Below, in pieces: positions 52,966 through 64,000 of a stretch of DNA of 64,000 nt. Numbering within the stretch: position 1 is the stretch's first letter; every line of letters starts with the position of its first letter. The stretch is from Octopus sinensis (taxonomy: Eukaryota), in the NCBI RefSeq assembly GCF_006345805.1, contig NC_042999.1, forward strand, positions 47,802,001 to 47,866,000, given 5' to 3'. The notes below the pieces were generated by a model. The model made no database searches. It was not told the DNA's origin and worked only from the letters and a program-made list of their open reading frames with translations. A program made the position numbers and the translations under genes.

Positions 52966-54019
52966 GTACATAATTCCTCGTCTCTTAAATATAGAGCTGG
53001 ATTCACAGACTACTTCCAAGCAGGCTGAAAGTGAAGGCCAGGGCCAAAGGAGTGGAGCCGTGCCCTTCCGGGTAAAACTGATCGCAGCTGCAGCAAAAAT
53101 GCGAATCACACGTTAATGGAAATCATCGATCAAGGATCGTGAATTTGCAGGAATACTTAATAGCTTTTATTGCAAACTGAAAACTCCAGCAACAGATTAT
53201 TGATATAAGGTATCTATAAGGATGTATGAATACGAAAAAAAAAACCTTTCAAACCTTCTATCACGTAAGGGTGTACTGAAATAGTAATGAAATATATTCC
53301 TGCCATCTCTGTAACTGCAAATGTCCCCTTCAACAGTTCAGCATCTCAGAAGCTGAATCGAAATCCCCAGCGATTTCTGGTACTTCTACCATAACAAATG
53401 CTGAATGCGATAGCTGAAGCGACTAATACTACCGCTGGGACCTGGAAACATTGTCGCAGTTAAAAAGTGTATTGTACACGTCTACAGACAGAGTAGTTGC
53501 TACTTTCCCAGACCACAGTTTGGTGGTAAGTTTTGTTAAACAATTAAATGTATCTGTTTTTTATTGTACAAACAACAATTCTAGCAAACATTAACATCCT
53601 CTTACCACAACGTTAGGTAAGTGAAATGCCTTCACTTGCAAACGGCTTATCCCCACAAGGGAAATGTTGACAGTGGAGTGGTTAATTAGTGGAGGCGAGA
53701 GAGATTACTGTCAGTCAGTTGATTCACTCACTGATGCGGCAATGAAATTGATAAATATTTTCAAGCCAGAGAGAAAGCTCCTGAATTGCGTAAATAAAGA
53801 GGGTTAATCTCTCAAATGTCACTTCGATAATGAAAACCAAGACTTGATGACGCTGGCTTAGTCAGCTGGGCAACACGATTCTCATACTGAAAAAGTACGT
53901 AGAACAGCTAAGAAGATAAAACTCAGATGATACACGAAATAAGTATTCCACAATCTCTAATTCACTCAATTTCTCCCACCCTCTCTCTGTATTTGCATAC
54001 TTGTATCTCTCTCTCTCTG

Positions 54020-54109
<90 letters not shown>

Positions 54110-54111
54110 CA

Positions 54112-55332
54112 TATTAGGTCGTCAAGTATGAAATTTGTAGTAAAGTGAATGTTAAACATTGACAGCTGCTCATTTTGCAGCACTTTTATATTTCGACATT
54201 TTTTTTTTGTTTGAAAGCTGACACATCTATTTCGTTATTCTATCTGATTTTCCACTTTATAAAGTATTTATAAATCGTTATCTGCTATTTTTGTTTAGCG
54301 GTATATATGTCGCAAATCCGTACAGTTTTGAAATATGAGTTCTTTCTTGGAAATACAGAAATACAGCATCCCAGACAGCTCCGAATATTACTGGAGTATC
54401 AAATTGGTTTGCAAAATTTCGTTCTGGTAAATTGGACCTCACAAATGAGATACGCGGTCGACCAGAAAGAAATCTGGATAATGACTAACTGAAAGTCACC
54501 GCTGAGTCAGATCCATCTCAAAGTTCACGGGAATTATCATTGTTGTTTGGTGTTAGCAAGTAAATAATACTGACTCACCTCGTTCAAATCGGTAAAGTGA
54601 AAAAGTTGGATAAGTGAGTTCCACATGAATTCAAGGAAAATCAGAAAAAGCAACGTTTGGAAGCTTGCATTCTGCTACTTTCGCGACCCAAATATGAATC
54701 AGCTTTGAATCGAATGGGCCGAATACAACAACCGTAAACGTTCATCGCAATGAGCCACCAAAACACAGTCCAAAGAACAAAATTCATCAAAAGAAGCTGA
54801 TGGTGTGTGTTTGAAGGTCTGACGCACATGTGATCCATTATGATTGCATTAAACCTGGCTCATCAATCACAGCCAAAGTATACTGAAACCAACTGGATCA
54901 TATGATGCAGAAACTTACAAAAATAGCCTAGATTAGTCAAAGGATCCACTTCTATTTTATTGTAAAACAACGCCAGACCAAACATCGCAAAAATGACATT
55001 CGCGAAACTATAGGAGTTAGAAGTTTTCCATCATCCACCATACTCCCCTAATCTTGTCTCCACTGACTACCAGTTATTCCAGAAGTTGGATAACTTTTTG
55101 ATAGGAAAACAATTAAATTCCGACGATGCTGTAAAACTGGCCTTCCAAGCGTTTACTGACTCTCGATTGCCAGGCTTTTACAGTTCCGGGCTGGACAAGC
55201 TACCGCTGAAATAGCAAACGTGTATTGACAATATGGGTGCATGCTTTGAGGAATAAAATTATTCCTTGTATTTATAAAACATTGGCAAACTTTTTTTTCT
55301 TTTCGACAAATTTCCTATTTGACGGCATGGTA
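54112..55332 (+). mobile_element. TIR-bounded mariner transposon (decayed)
   Basis: Termini 54112-54140 and 55304-55332 match at 22 of 29 positions as inverted repeats, each including the outer TA; Mos1-like TIR sequence. Confidence 0.85.
54307..55256 (+). pseudogene. Mariner (DD34D family) transposase pseudogene
   Basis: MSQIRTVLKYEF; NWFAKFRSG..RGRP; HLVQIGKVKKLDK*VPHE (WVPHEL motif); *NNARPN (HDNARPH); HPPYSPNLVSTDYQLF (YSPDL motif); ends CIDNMGACFEE*. Confidence 0.93.
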
Positions 55333-55455
55333 GAATGACATAAATTGTAGGACGGCTCGGTCAAAAGTGTATCCGGCATTGAACCAACAGTAAGCGCTAG
55401 TTTTACTTAATCAGTAATCAATATCTTACTCATCATTTATATGATATAGTGTAGG

Positions 55456-55879
55456 GCGGCGAGCTGGCAGAATTGTTAGCACGCTGAGCAAAATACCTAG
55501 CGGTATTTCGTCTGCCGTTACGTTCTGAGTTCAAATTCCGCCGTGGTTGACTTTGCCTTTCATCGTTTCGGGGTCGATAAATTAATTACCAGTTACGCAC
55601 TGGGGTTGATATAATCGACTTAATTCGTTTGTCTGCCCTGGTTTGACCTCTCTGTGTTTAGCCCCTTGTGGGTAGTAAAGAAATAGGTATTTCGTCTGCC
55701 GTTACTTTCTGAGTTCAAATTCCGCCGAGGTCAACTTTGCCTTTCATCCTTTTGGGGGGGGGGTCTATTAAATAAGTACCAGTTATACACTGTGGTCCAT
55801 GTAATCGACTTAATCCATTTGTCCGTCCTTATTTGTCCCCTGTATGCTTAGTCTCCTATGGGCAAAAAGAAATAAATAC
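55456..55879 (+). mobile_element. SINE family A dimer
   Basis: Units start at 55502 and 55686; imperfect 15-bp TSD at 55441-55455 and 55880-55894. Confidence 0.9.
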
Positions 55880-55894
55880 ATGATATGTTGTAGG

Positions 55895-56095
55895 AGGCGG
55901 TGGGCTAGCAGAATCTTTAGTATTCCAGGCGAAATGCTTAGCGGTATTTCGTCTGTCTTCAAGTTCAGAATTCAAATTCCCAGGTCGACTTTGCGTTTTG
56001 CCCTTTCGGGGTCGAAAAATTAAGTACGGTCGATCTAATCGCCTTGGTCCGCCCCCAAAATTTTGGGCCTTATGCCTGGAGTAGAAAATAATATA
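55895..56095 (+). mobile_element. SINE family A monomer (older)
   Basis: aggcggtgggctagcagaatc...gaattcaaattcc...cccccaaaattttgggcc. Confidence 0.8.
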
Positions 56096-57340
56096 TGCCA
56101 TATTGTAGCGTAACTACAATATAACTAGAATTTACTCATGTTCGTTAATAGTGCATCTGTGACTATTGGGAGACTCGCAAGGCGGCGTCCTCAAACCGGA
56201 AATCTGGCTTGAATCTCTGCAAAAATGTATACTTTGCTTAAATTATCCATAATCCAGATCTTATTGTTGAACTGGGTGACAGTGTAGGCCATGCTGTTAT
56301 TTGAATTAAGAATAGAAACAGCCGAGATAAATGCCGAAAAGCATGTGGTTAGATGTTATTACATTTCTGATAATGACCTATGCTGCATTGGTTTGTATTT
56401 CTTTATGGAATACGAAATGATAAAAGGCAAAATTAAGGTCGGAGGATATAAACTTGAAGCGCAGAGAGGTTGAACAAATATTGCCTAGGTTTCTTTCCGA
56501 CTATTTGATAACACTGCCAATTCGCCGTCTTTGAGTTGCAGATAGTGTAATCGTTACAGCACAGGAAAAAAAGAATGTTTACCGTGAAGGCGAAAATGAA
56601 CACCATACACAGTTGCAGATGACCAAATATCTAATGTCAATACCAGATCTGCTTAATTGACACGCGAGCTAAAACATCAATAGGAGTTGCTACACTAACT
56701 CTTAGCAAGACTAAACTAGTGATCAAAATAGTGTATCAACATAGTCGTTTGACAAGCTACAAATGGCAGACAAACCCTTCAGAAGATTCCTTGTCAATTT
56801 TATGATGTGGATGATATATTTCTGAATAGCTTTTCTCGGACTAATATATAGTTAAACGTGTGGAGGTAAGTAAAATTATGTATATATAATAAAAAATTAC
56901 ACTTAGGCAAAAAAAGGTAATTTTAATGAGTATTGCTGGTACAAAATAGAATTTCAAAAGTTATTGTTCAGTAATTTTTTTGTGTTGAAGGTGTCTCTAT
57001 GGTAGCCTCGCTTTTTCTGTGGAAATAATTTTTTTTCTGTGAGAACATTCCTATCATATGTTTGATGTTACTATTATTGTTGTTGACAGCATGATTGAGC
57101 TGGTCTCCCAGGTATCTTTATTCATCCTGACATGATAATGTTAATTTCGTGGGGTATTAAGATATTAATTCTAGCAGGTCTAATAATCGAATAACCACCA
57201 TTTCAATAACTCATAATGTTTTAATGGTGCTGGAATAATCCAGGATAGATCCGACCAGAATACTATAATTTTGCTAAACAGAACTAAAATCTTCGCAACG
57301 CGTCCTTAATTGTCTCTTCTGCTACATGTAACGATAGCAT

Positions 57341-57415
57341 TCTTTAAACAGCTAGCTATCCCTCTTCTTTAAACAGCTAGCTATTCCTCTTCTTTAAACA
57401 GCTAGCTATCCCTCT
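57341..57415. repeat. Minisatellite, 3 x 25 bp (tctttaaacagctagctatccctct)
   Basis: Three tandem units with one substitution. Confidence 0.95.
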
Positions 57416-58227
57416 TATCGCGTTACTATTTCTACTTAGAGATATGACATTGCATTGCGAACTACCTACCTTAACATTTATTCGACATTAGTGTTATATA
57501 CGGTTGTACATAATTCAGAAGAAAATCCCTAATCGGAAATACTAATGCAGTGGATAGAGAAATACTACTAGTTTGATAATTTCTATTATTTTCATAATTA
57601 CTGCGAATCGAGGAAAACAGTTTAGACACGTTTCGATCTTATTAGACTCCCTCCAGCAAAGTGTAAATTTTCTTGGTGGATCTGATCAGGAATATAAGCA
57701 GCATTTACATATACTAGGAAGCATTTCTGTCATCTTGTCCAAAGAAGTACTAAAATAACTAAATAAGAACGATCGTTACGTGCTGACGTGAATTGTCTAC
57801 GTAAATTTAACCTTCGAAAGAATTTCCAGGAAATAGTTGTATGTAATTAGAATTCTTGCTTGAAATTAGAACTTATGCAGCCGGTATTACGAAGAAATAT
57901 TATGCTTATTTCGACATGAGTGATTGATGTTCCAATGAGATCACCGTGCATAACACTACAGAGAAGCCACACTCTCATTTATATTAAATATATATATATA
58001 TATAGATAGATAGAGAGAGAGAGATTACTGTATCATAAAAAATAAAAGTAACAGGAGTAATGCAATGCCTAGGCGACTGAGATCTATACTCAGAATTAAA
58101 AGGAAATAAAACATAAAGCTCGCTACTGCATAGAGTTACCCAAGTTTAAGAATGTAGTCAAGATTTGGATAAAACTATGTATCTAGCGCTTTCGTTTCTT
58201 TCAAGTATTCATTGTGGATTATATCTA

Positions 58228-58627
58228 AGGCGGCGAGCTGGCAGAAACGTTAGCACGCCGGGCGAAATGCGTAGCCATATTTTGTCTGCCGTTACGTTCT
58301 GAGTTCAAATTCCACCGAGGTCGACTTTGCCTTTCATCCCTTCGGGGTCGATAGATTAAGTACCAGTTACGCACTGAGGTCGATGTAATCGACTTAATCC
58401 GTTTGTCTGTCCTTGTTTGTCCCCTCTAAGTTTAGACCCTTGTGGGTAATAAAGAAATAGGTACTTCGTCTGTCTTTTCGTTACGTTCTGAGTTCAATTT
58501 CCGCTGAGATCGACTTTACCTTTCATCCTTTCCGGGTCGATAAATTAAGTACCAGTTGCGTACTGGGGTCGGTCTAGTCGACTGGCCTCTCCCTCCAAAT
58601 TTCGGACCTTTTGCCAATAGTAGAAAA
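58228..58627 (+). mobile_element. SINE family A dimer
   Basis: Head plus two units (second at ~58460); possible short TSD gattata. Confidence 0.9.
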
Positions 58628-59304
58628 GATTATAGATTATTTCTTATATAGAAAATGCATACCCTTTATATATGTGAGTTAGATTTAAAAATATAAAAAA
58701 ATTAGGAGCTGAGTTTGTCTTCTTCAGTTTTGGAAAGAGAGTGTTTTGGGGGTTGTTATTTCAAAATCTATATATGTGAATGTGTATATGTGTGTAAGCA
58801 TAAATGTGTACAGTGAATATTTAAACTAAGAAACAGAAAGAAGGGAGAGAAGAGGAAAGAAACAAAGGAGTGTTTTTCTGGGATGATTGAAATTGATGGC
58901 AGGTCAAGTTCCTTTATCAATAGCAACAAATTCCTTTTAGTTATTGCCTGACTGACTAAACTGCTTTGGTCGGTGGTCATGTTATCCAGCTATAACAAAT
59001 TGAAACTATGGAATTGTTTCAGAAGGCTTTTAAATGTGTGTGTCTGTGTGTGCGCGTTTTTGTGTCTGTGTTAAAGCCTATGCGTGTGAGAGTGTTTGTG
59101 TATTGAAGCATATGCGTGTGAGAGTTTGTGTGTTGATGCGTTCTGCGTTGGTTTTTAAGTGAATTTCTCCAGCTGCTTCAGTAGCAGTAACAAAAACATT
59201 ATTAATAATAAATATAATCAGTGGTAATCTAATTTGGTTTTATCTGGGTAAGTAATTGTTTTTATAAAAGAATTTCTCCTTTTGTACAAATATATATTTC
59301 TCAA

Positions 59305-59960
59305 CGTTTAACTGTGGTAGCAATTTTTTTTTTAATAAAATGTAGTTCCATTGCATTTTGGTATTTTGGATAATTTTTTTGGTATTTGTAGAAAGCGAAG
59401 ATCTTGAATCTGCTGTTTCCATATATTTCCAGATGTTTACTGAGAGTAATCTTACTTAATTCAGCTTCTGGCATGTGTTGTGCATGGACTCTTACACATT
59501 AAAGGCAATTGCTGGCTTCGCTAATATAATTATGATTGAAATATGGGCAGATCACGTAGAATATTGAATTCTGTGTCTTACAATTCATATTTGCATTGAT
59601 TTGGAAGGAGTATCAACTTCTAAATTTTATACAGGAACAAATATCCAAATATTTGGAGTTGTTGTTACTGCATATTCCAGATATATTGCCTCCACAGACC
59701 TCCAGGAAGAATTCTAAACTAAGCACTCGTGTGCATTTTGCCCTTGTGAGATGCTTTTAAAAATGTTTTGATCGACATTTGCTATTCCTCTACTAGATTT
59801 TCATTTCCGCATTTGAAAAATTATTGGTAGTTTTCTTTTTATAATATCGAATATGTTTATCACAACTGGATCATAATTATTGATAAACAGAATCGCATTT
59901 TCTCCATTGTTTTCCTAGATGTCCTCAGTCATGCGATGTCTAGTTCCATTGCTTATATAG
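59305..59960 (-). pseudogene. Decayed Penelope-like element: linker and GIY-YIG endonuclease region
   Basis: Minus-strand fragments LFINNYDPVVINIFDIIKRKLPIIFQ; NCKTQNSIFYVICP; YISEASNCL*CVRVHAQH; LSKHLEIYGNSRFKIFAFYK; MELHFIKK and KKKLLPQLN. These follow the PLE GIY-YIG pattern (C..SNVIY.I.C..C...YIGQT...R...H ... E..FI....P.LN). Confidence 0.75.
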
Positions 59961-60019
59961 TTCCATTGTTTATTAATTCTAAGGGATAATTCCTGTTTTT
60001 ACGAAGACTAAGTTCATTA

Positions 60020-60498
60020 AATCTGATAAGGGTACACCAGGCACATGCATCACAACGAAATGTACGCGACATGGTGATCTCATATGAAGATAAACAGCGC
60101 ATGACCTTGCAGGTGGGGCCCAGTTAGAATTTTCTTCTGGTCGAGTAGCCCATCCCGCTCAAAAGTTTCCTGAATAAGGATTGTTTAAGGATGTTGAACG
60201 AACCACCCATGTTTCCAGAGGTGAATTATCGAAATCTCCAAGAATTTCTTTCAACACACGACTATGATGTTCCCCACTAATTCTGCTTGTGATCAGAGAT
60301 GCACATATCGTCAGTCACTAAGGGACACGGTCAACTGGTTAAGGTCAAACATCTGACAAGCAAATCTGTGGTATTGAGCAGAATATTTGTTGTAGCCCAT
60401 CTTTTATACCAAGACAAAACAATGTACATGAAAATACTTCCAATCAGTTAAGATCAGCAGCCATGAAAGCCACTGTCTGGTACTGCATCAAGGCATTT
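60020..60498 (+). mobile_element. Unclassified retroposon-like segment ending in an (AAT)n tail
   Basis: GC-richer block ending aaggcattt(aat)n; no ORF recognised. Confidence 0.45.
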
Positions 60499-60512
60499 AT
60501 AATAATAATAAC

Positions 60513-60590
<78 letters not shown>
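60499..60590. repeat. (AAT)n-(ATT)n palindromic microsatellite
   Basis: Orientation switches at aatatt, 60543-60548. Confidence 0.95.
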
Positions 60591-60593
<3 letters not shown>

Positions 60594-60947
60594 TAGTTTT
60601 ATTTTTATAGCGTGCTTTCACTTCACTACCGAGCGCAGCTCTGTGTGCCTTGGGTATGTGCTGTGATTTGTTGTGATGCTCTGATGGTTATTGTATGGAA
60701 AGTGTTCTGCGTAGGATGTGTGCAGTGCCTAGTAGTGCAATTTTCTGTATGTTATATGTGTTTGTAAGTCCTGGTGTTTTTGTTATGTATTTGTCTGAAT
60801 ATTTTTTTATCATGCCTAATGCACCTACTATGATAGGAATTGTTTCTGTTTTCAGGTTACACATTCTAGTTACCTCTATTTCCAGGTCTTTGTATTTTGA
60901 GAGTTTCTCCATTTCTTTTAGAGACACGTTGTCATCTGTCATCTGTC
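60591..60947 (-). mobile_element. 5'-truncated R4/Dong-like (RLE-type) non-LTR retrotransposon
   Basis: ORF 60688-60942 encodes EKLSKYKDLEIEVTRM..TIPIIVGALG..IQKIALLGTAHILRRTL, typical of the RLE C-terminus; short 3' UTR; (TAA)n on both sides. Confidence 0.8.
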
Positions 60948-60968
60948 ATTATTATTATTATGATTGTA

Positions 60969-61021
<53 letters not shown>

Positions 61022-61035
61022 CATTATTATTATTA
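60948..61035. repeat. (ATT)n microsatellite
   Basis: Directly visible. Confidence 0.95.
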
Positions 61036-62030
61036 ACTTATTTTTTTCTTGGTGTTATAATTATCATATTCCAAATAACAGTTACACATTTCCTACACAC
61101 TTCATAATATTACTACTGTTTCCGGTTTTGACAAACGTAAGATAAAAGTATAAGATTCATAACGACATATAATGAACACCAACGACGACAACGGTGATGA
61201 TGATAACGATACAGAAATTTAACAGAAATAAATAAAAAGACTAATTCAGTTAGATTGCCGTGGAGATTTATTGCTTTCCTTTCATTCTTTTCTTAAATTC
61301 ATGACAATGAGACACTATAATTTGTAAATAGCACCGCAATGATCGATTCAACTGTTTTGGTTATAAGAAAAGGAATAAGAACGAATAAAGCGACGCATGT
61401 CATTTATAGTATTAGTAGCGTTGTAGCAACAGAAGCAGTAGTGTTTATACGTGCCTACTGTTTTGCATGACAATCGTATAATAACTACACAGGGAACTCA
61501 CTATTGACGTATATATTATTATTGAATTTTTTAATATATTAAATGGGTTTTTTTTGTCTAATTTTGTTCTGTCCTGAGTTTATTACGTCATATTATGTTG
61601 TTGTACATAGAATACAATAAACGATGATATAACGGCTTAAAGTACAAACAAGACTTTAGCTTTAAAAAAAAAAGGCAATGATTCATTTCTTTCGGATATT
61701 CTGGTTGTACTCCCAAGGAAGTAGTTCTTAAGCGTTGCACCGCATGTGGCATCCGCCCAGTGAATTGTTTTAAAACCAATTGAAAGTTTTAGAAAAAACA
61801 AACAGCAATAATTAGCTTGCGCATCTTGAAAAACAAGTTATTCATTATGTTGTTGTACAAGAATTGTTATTAAAACGACGAAAAGAAGTGGTATTTTCTC
61901 AATATTTAAATAATAATAAACGATTTAACATTTAATGCAAAGAACACCAAATAAATTTGGTTTGATCAATCCCATGTTAAAACTTCAAAGACAAGTAATC
62001 CTTTCTTCTAAAGGTACAAGGCCTGATATT

Positions 62031-62176
62031 TGTGGTAAGTAGCTTGCTTACAAACCACATGGTTCCGGATTCAGTCCCACTGCGTGGCACCTTGGGCAAG
62101 TGTCTTCTAATGTAGCCTCGGGCCGACCAAAGCCTTGTGAGTGAATTTGGTAGATGGAAACTGAAAGAAGCACATC

Positions 62177-62246
<70 letters not shown>

Positions 62247-62458
62247 TTATGTGTCTGTGTTTGTCCCTCCGACAACGCTTGACAATCGATGCTGGTATGT
62301 TTACGTCTCCGTAACCTAGTGGTTCGGCACAAGAGACCGATAGAATAAGTACTAGACTTACAAAGAATAAGTTCTGGGGTCGATTTGCTCGACTAAAGGC
62401 AGTGCTCCAGCATGGCCACAGTCACATGACTGAAACAAGTAAAGAGTAAAGAGAAAGT
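62031..62458 (+). mobile_element. SINE family B
   Basis: Near full-length match to 12336-12729. Confidence 0.92.
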
Positions 62459-62801
62459 ATATCATACGAATGAGTAAATCATTTCTGTCAACTCGATGAG
62501 GTAACAGGCATTTCAGAAAATAACAAGAGCATCCTGTTATTGAAATTCCAAAACGAATATGATATAAAACCAACCGTTTCAACCAAAGGTTGTAATTTGA
62601 AAACTTACGAAGATAATATATTCTTCCGATTTCTGTTGATGGTAAACTTAATGCATTACTTCATTTAACACTTTTACACCGGAAAATTTGGTGACTTTAG
62701 CAGATTCTGATCTGACGCCACATTGCCGATGACATCCTAAGACTTGTACCAGTCTCGAAGGCCTTGTAATGTGATAAGGGTGTTCTGTTCTCCCTTACAC
62801 T

Positions 62802-63200
62802 CTTTTTCTTTTCTCCTTCTTTTACTTGTTTCAGTCATTTTGACTGCGGCCATGCTGGAGCATCGCCTTCAATCGAGCAAATCGATCCCAGGACTTATTC
62901 TTTGAAGGCCTAGTACTTATTCTGTCGGTGTGTTTACGGAGACATAAACACACCAGCATCGGTTGTCAAGCGATGTTGGGGAGACTCACACACAAAAACA
63001 TATACACACACATGCATATATACATATATATAGATATATATATATACGACGGGATTCTTTCAGTTTCCGTCTACCATATCAACTCACAGGCCTTTGGTCG
63101 GACCGAGGTTATAGTAGAAGACACTTGCCCAAGGTGCCACGCAATGGGACTGAATCCGGAACCATGTGCTTGGTAAGCAAGCTACTTACCACTCAACCAA
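62802..63200 (-). mobile_element. SINE family B
   Basis: Reverse-complement near full-length copy. Confidence 0.9.
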
Positions 63201-63769
63201 CCCTGCCCCTAAAATATAAAATAACGTACTACTCAATTGAATCGTAGTATGTACTCCAGAGATGTCAGTGGTTCTTCTGCAATCACTTAATAACGGGAAA
63301 TAAACCATAATTAACCAGTACAACTAAGTACATCATGATAAAAAGAAATTATGGCATTTCTTAAATAGCGAGTCAAATGATTATAAAAAATATGTGCTCT
63401 TTAAAAAAAATCAGGTTAAGTCTTTAAAATGTGATATATTACATACAGTAGTCTAAGAAATGCAATGTTTGAATTTAGCTCTTGTTGGCAGAGCTAAACT
63501 GGAGTAAAACAGCAGCAGAGTTCAATAACTAGGTGCAAGATAGGGTACCATAATATAAAGTTACCCGAATGTTCCACAAATAAGGCCTTTCAATTTTAAG
63601 ATGGGACGGACTATAATCGACATTTCTGAACATAGGCCTGCTTAATTAGGATTGACCTTGCATTTAATAAAAAGAATATTGGCAAGAGAGCAAGTAGTAC
63701 AATTAGTGTATATATAATGACTCCAATTAGGATGAAAAACAAATTAGTGAAGTTAGTCACAAATACTTT

Positions 63770-63905
63770 CACACACACAAACGCACGCATACACATATAC
63801 ACAAATACACAAACACACACACAAACGCACGCATACACATATACACAAATACACAAACACACACACAAACGCACGCATACAGATATACACAAATACACAA
63901 ACAAT
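63770..63905. repeat. Higher-order CA-rich repeat (~3 units of ~40 bp containing acaaacgcacgcatac)
   Basis: Directly visible. Confidence 0.85.
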
Positions 63906-64000
63906 CGCATAGACATATATAAAAAATATGCGTACACACATACATATTGTGTATATGCGTATGTGTGTGCGTGTAAGTGTATGTGTGAGACTGTATATGC

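Noticed and set aside
52795-53109. 104-aa minus-strand ORF
   Set aside because: About half of it lies in the PLE-like end and the hammerhead motif; no recognisable domain.
57341-57415. CRISPR-like direct repeats
   Set aside because: No spacers, eukaryotic context and no cas genes; a simple minisatellite.
60688-61145. Poly-Tyr and poly-Ile ORFs on the plus strand
   Set aside because: Antisense of the RLE fragment plus (ATT)n translation.

Overview
AT-rich eukaryotic DNA dense in (TA)n, (CA)n, (CATA)n and (AAT)n microsatellites and in tRNA-derived SINEs. The repeat landscape resembles a coleoid cephalopod, probably Octopus (inference, not verified). No host protein-coding gene can be called confidently. 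Most short ORFs in the track are microsatellite or SINE read-through. Real coding signal is all transposon-derived: an uninterrupted L1/Tx1-clade ORF2 (RT plus C-terminal zinc finger) running off the left edge, a decayed L1/Tx1 copy with APE endonuclease and RT (45.9-48.6 kb, minus), a TIR-bounded decayed mariner (54.1-55.3 kb), a decayed Penelope-like GIY-YIG region (59.3-60.0 kb, minus) and a 5'-truncated R4/Dong-like RLE element inside (TAA)n (60.6-60.9 kb). The most notable non-coding signals are five minimal type-I hammerhead-ribozyme-like motifs from at least three sequence families, some within inverted-repeat structures typical of Penelope-like element ends. Also present are two near-perfect hairpins or palindromes and multimeric SINEs that were inserted as single units with target-site duplications. 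All coordinates and alignments were read by eye.
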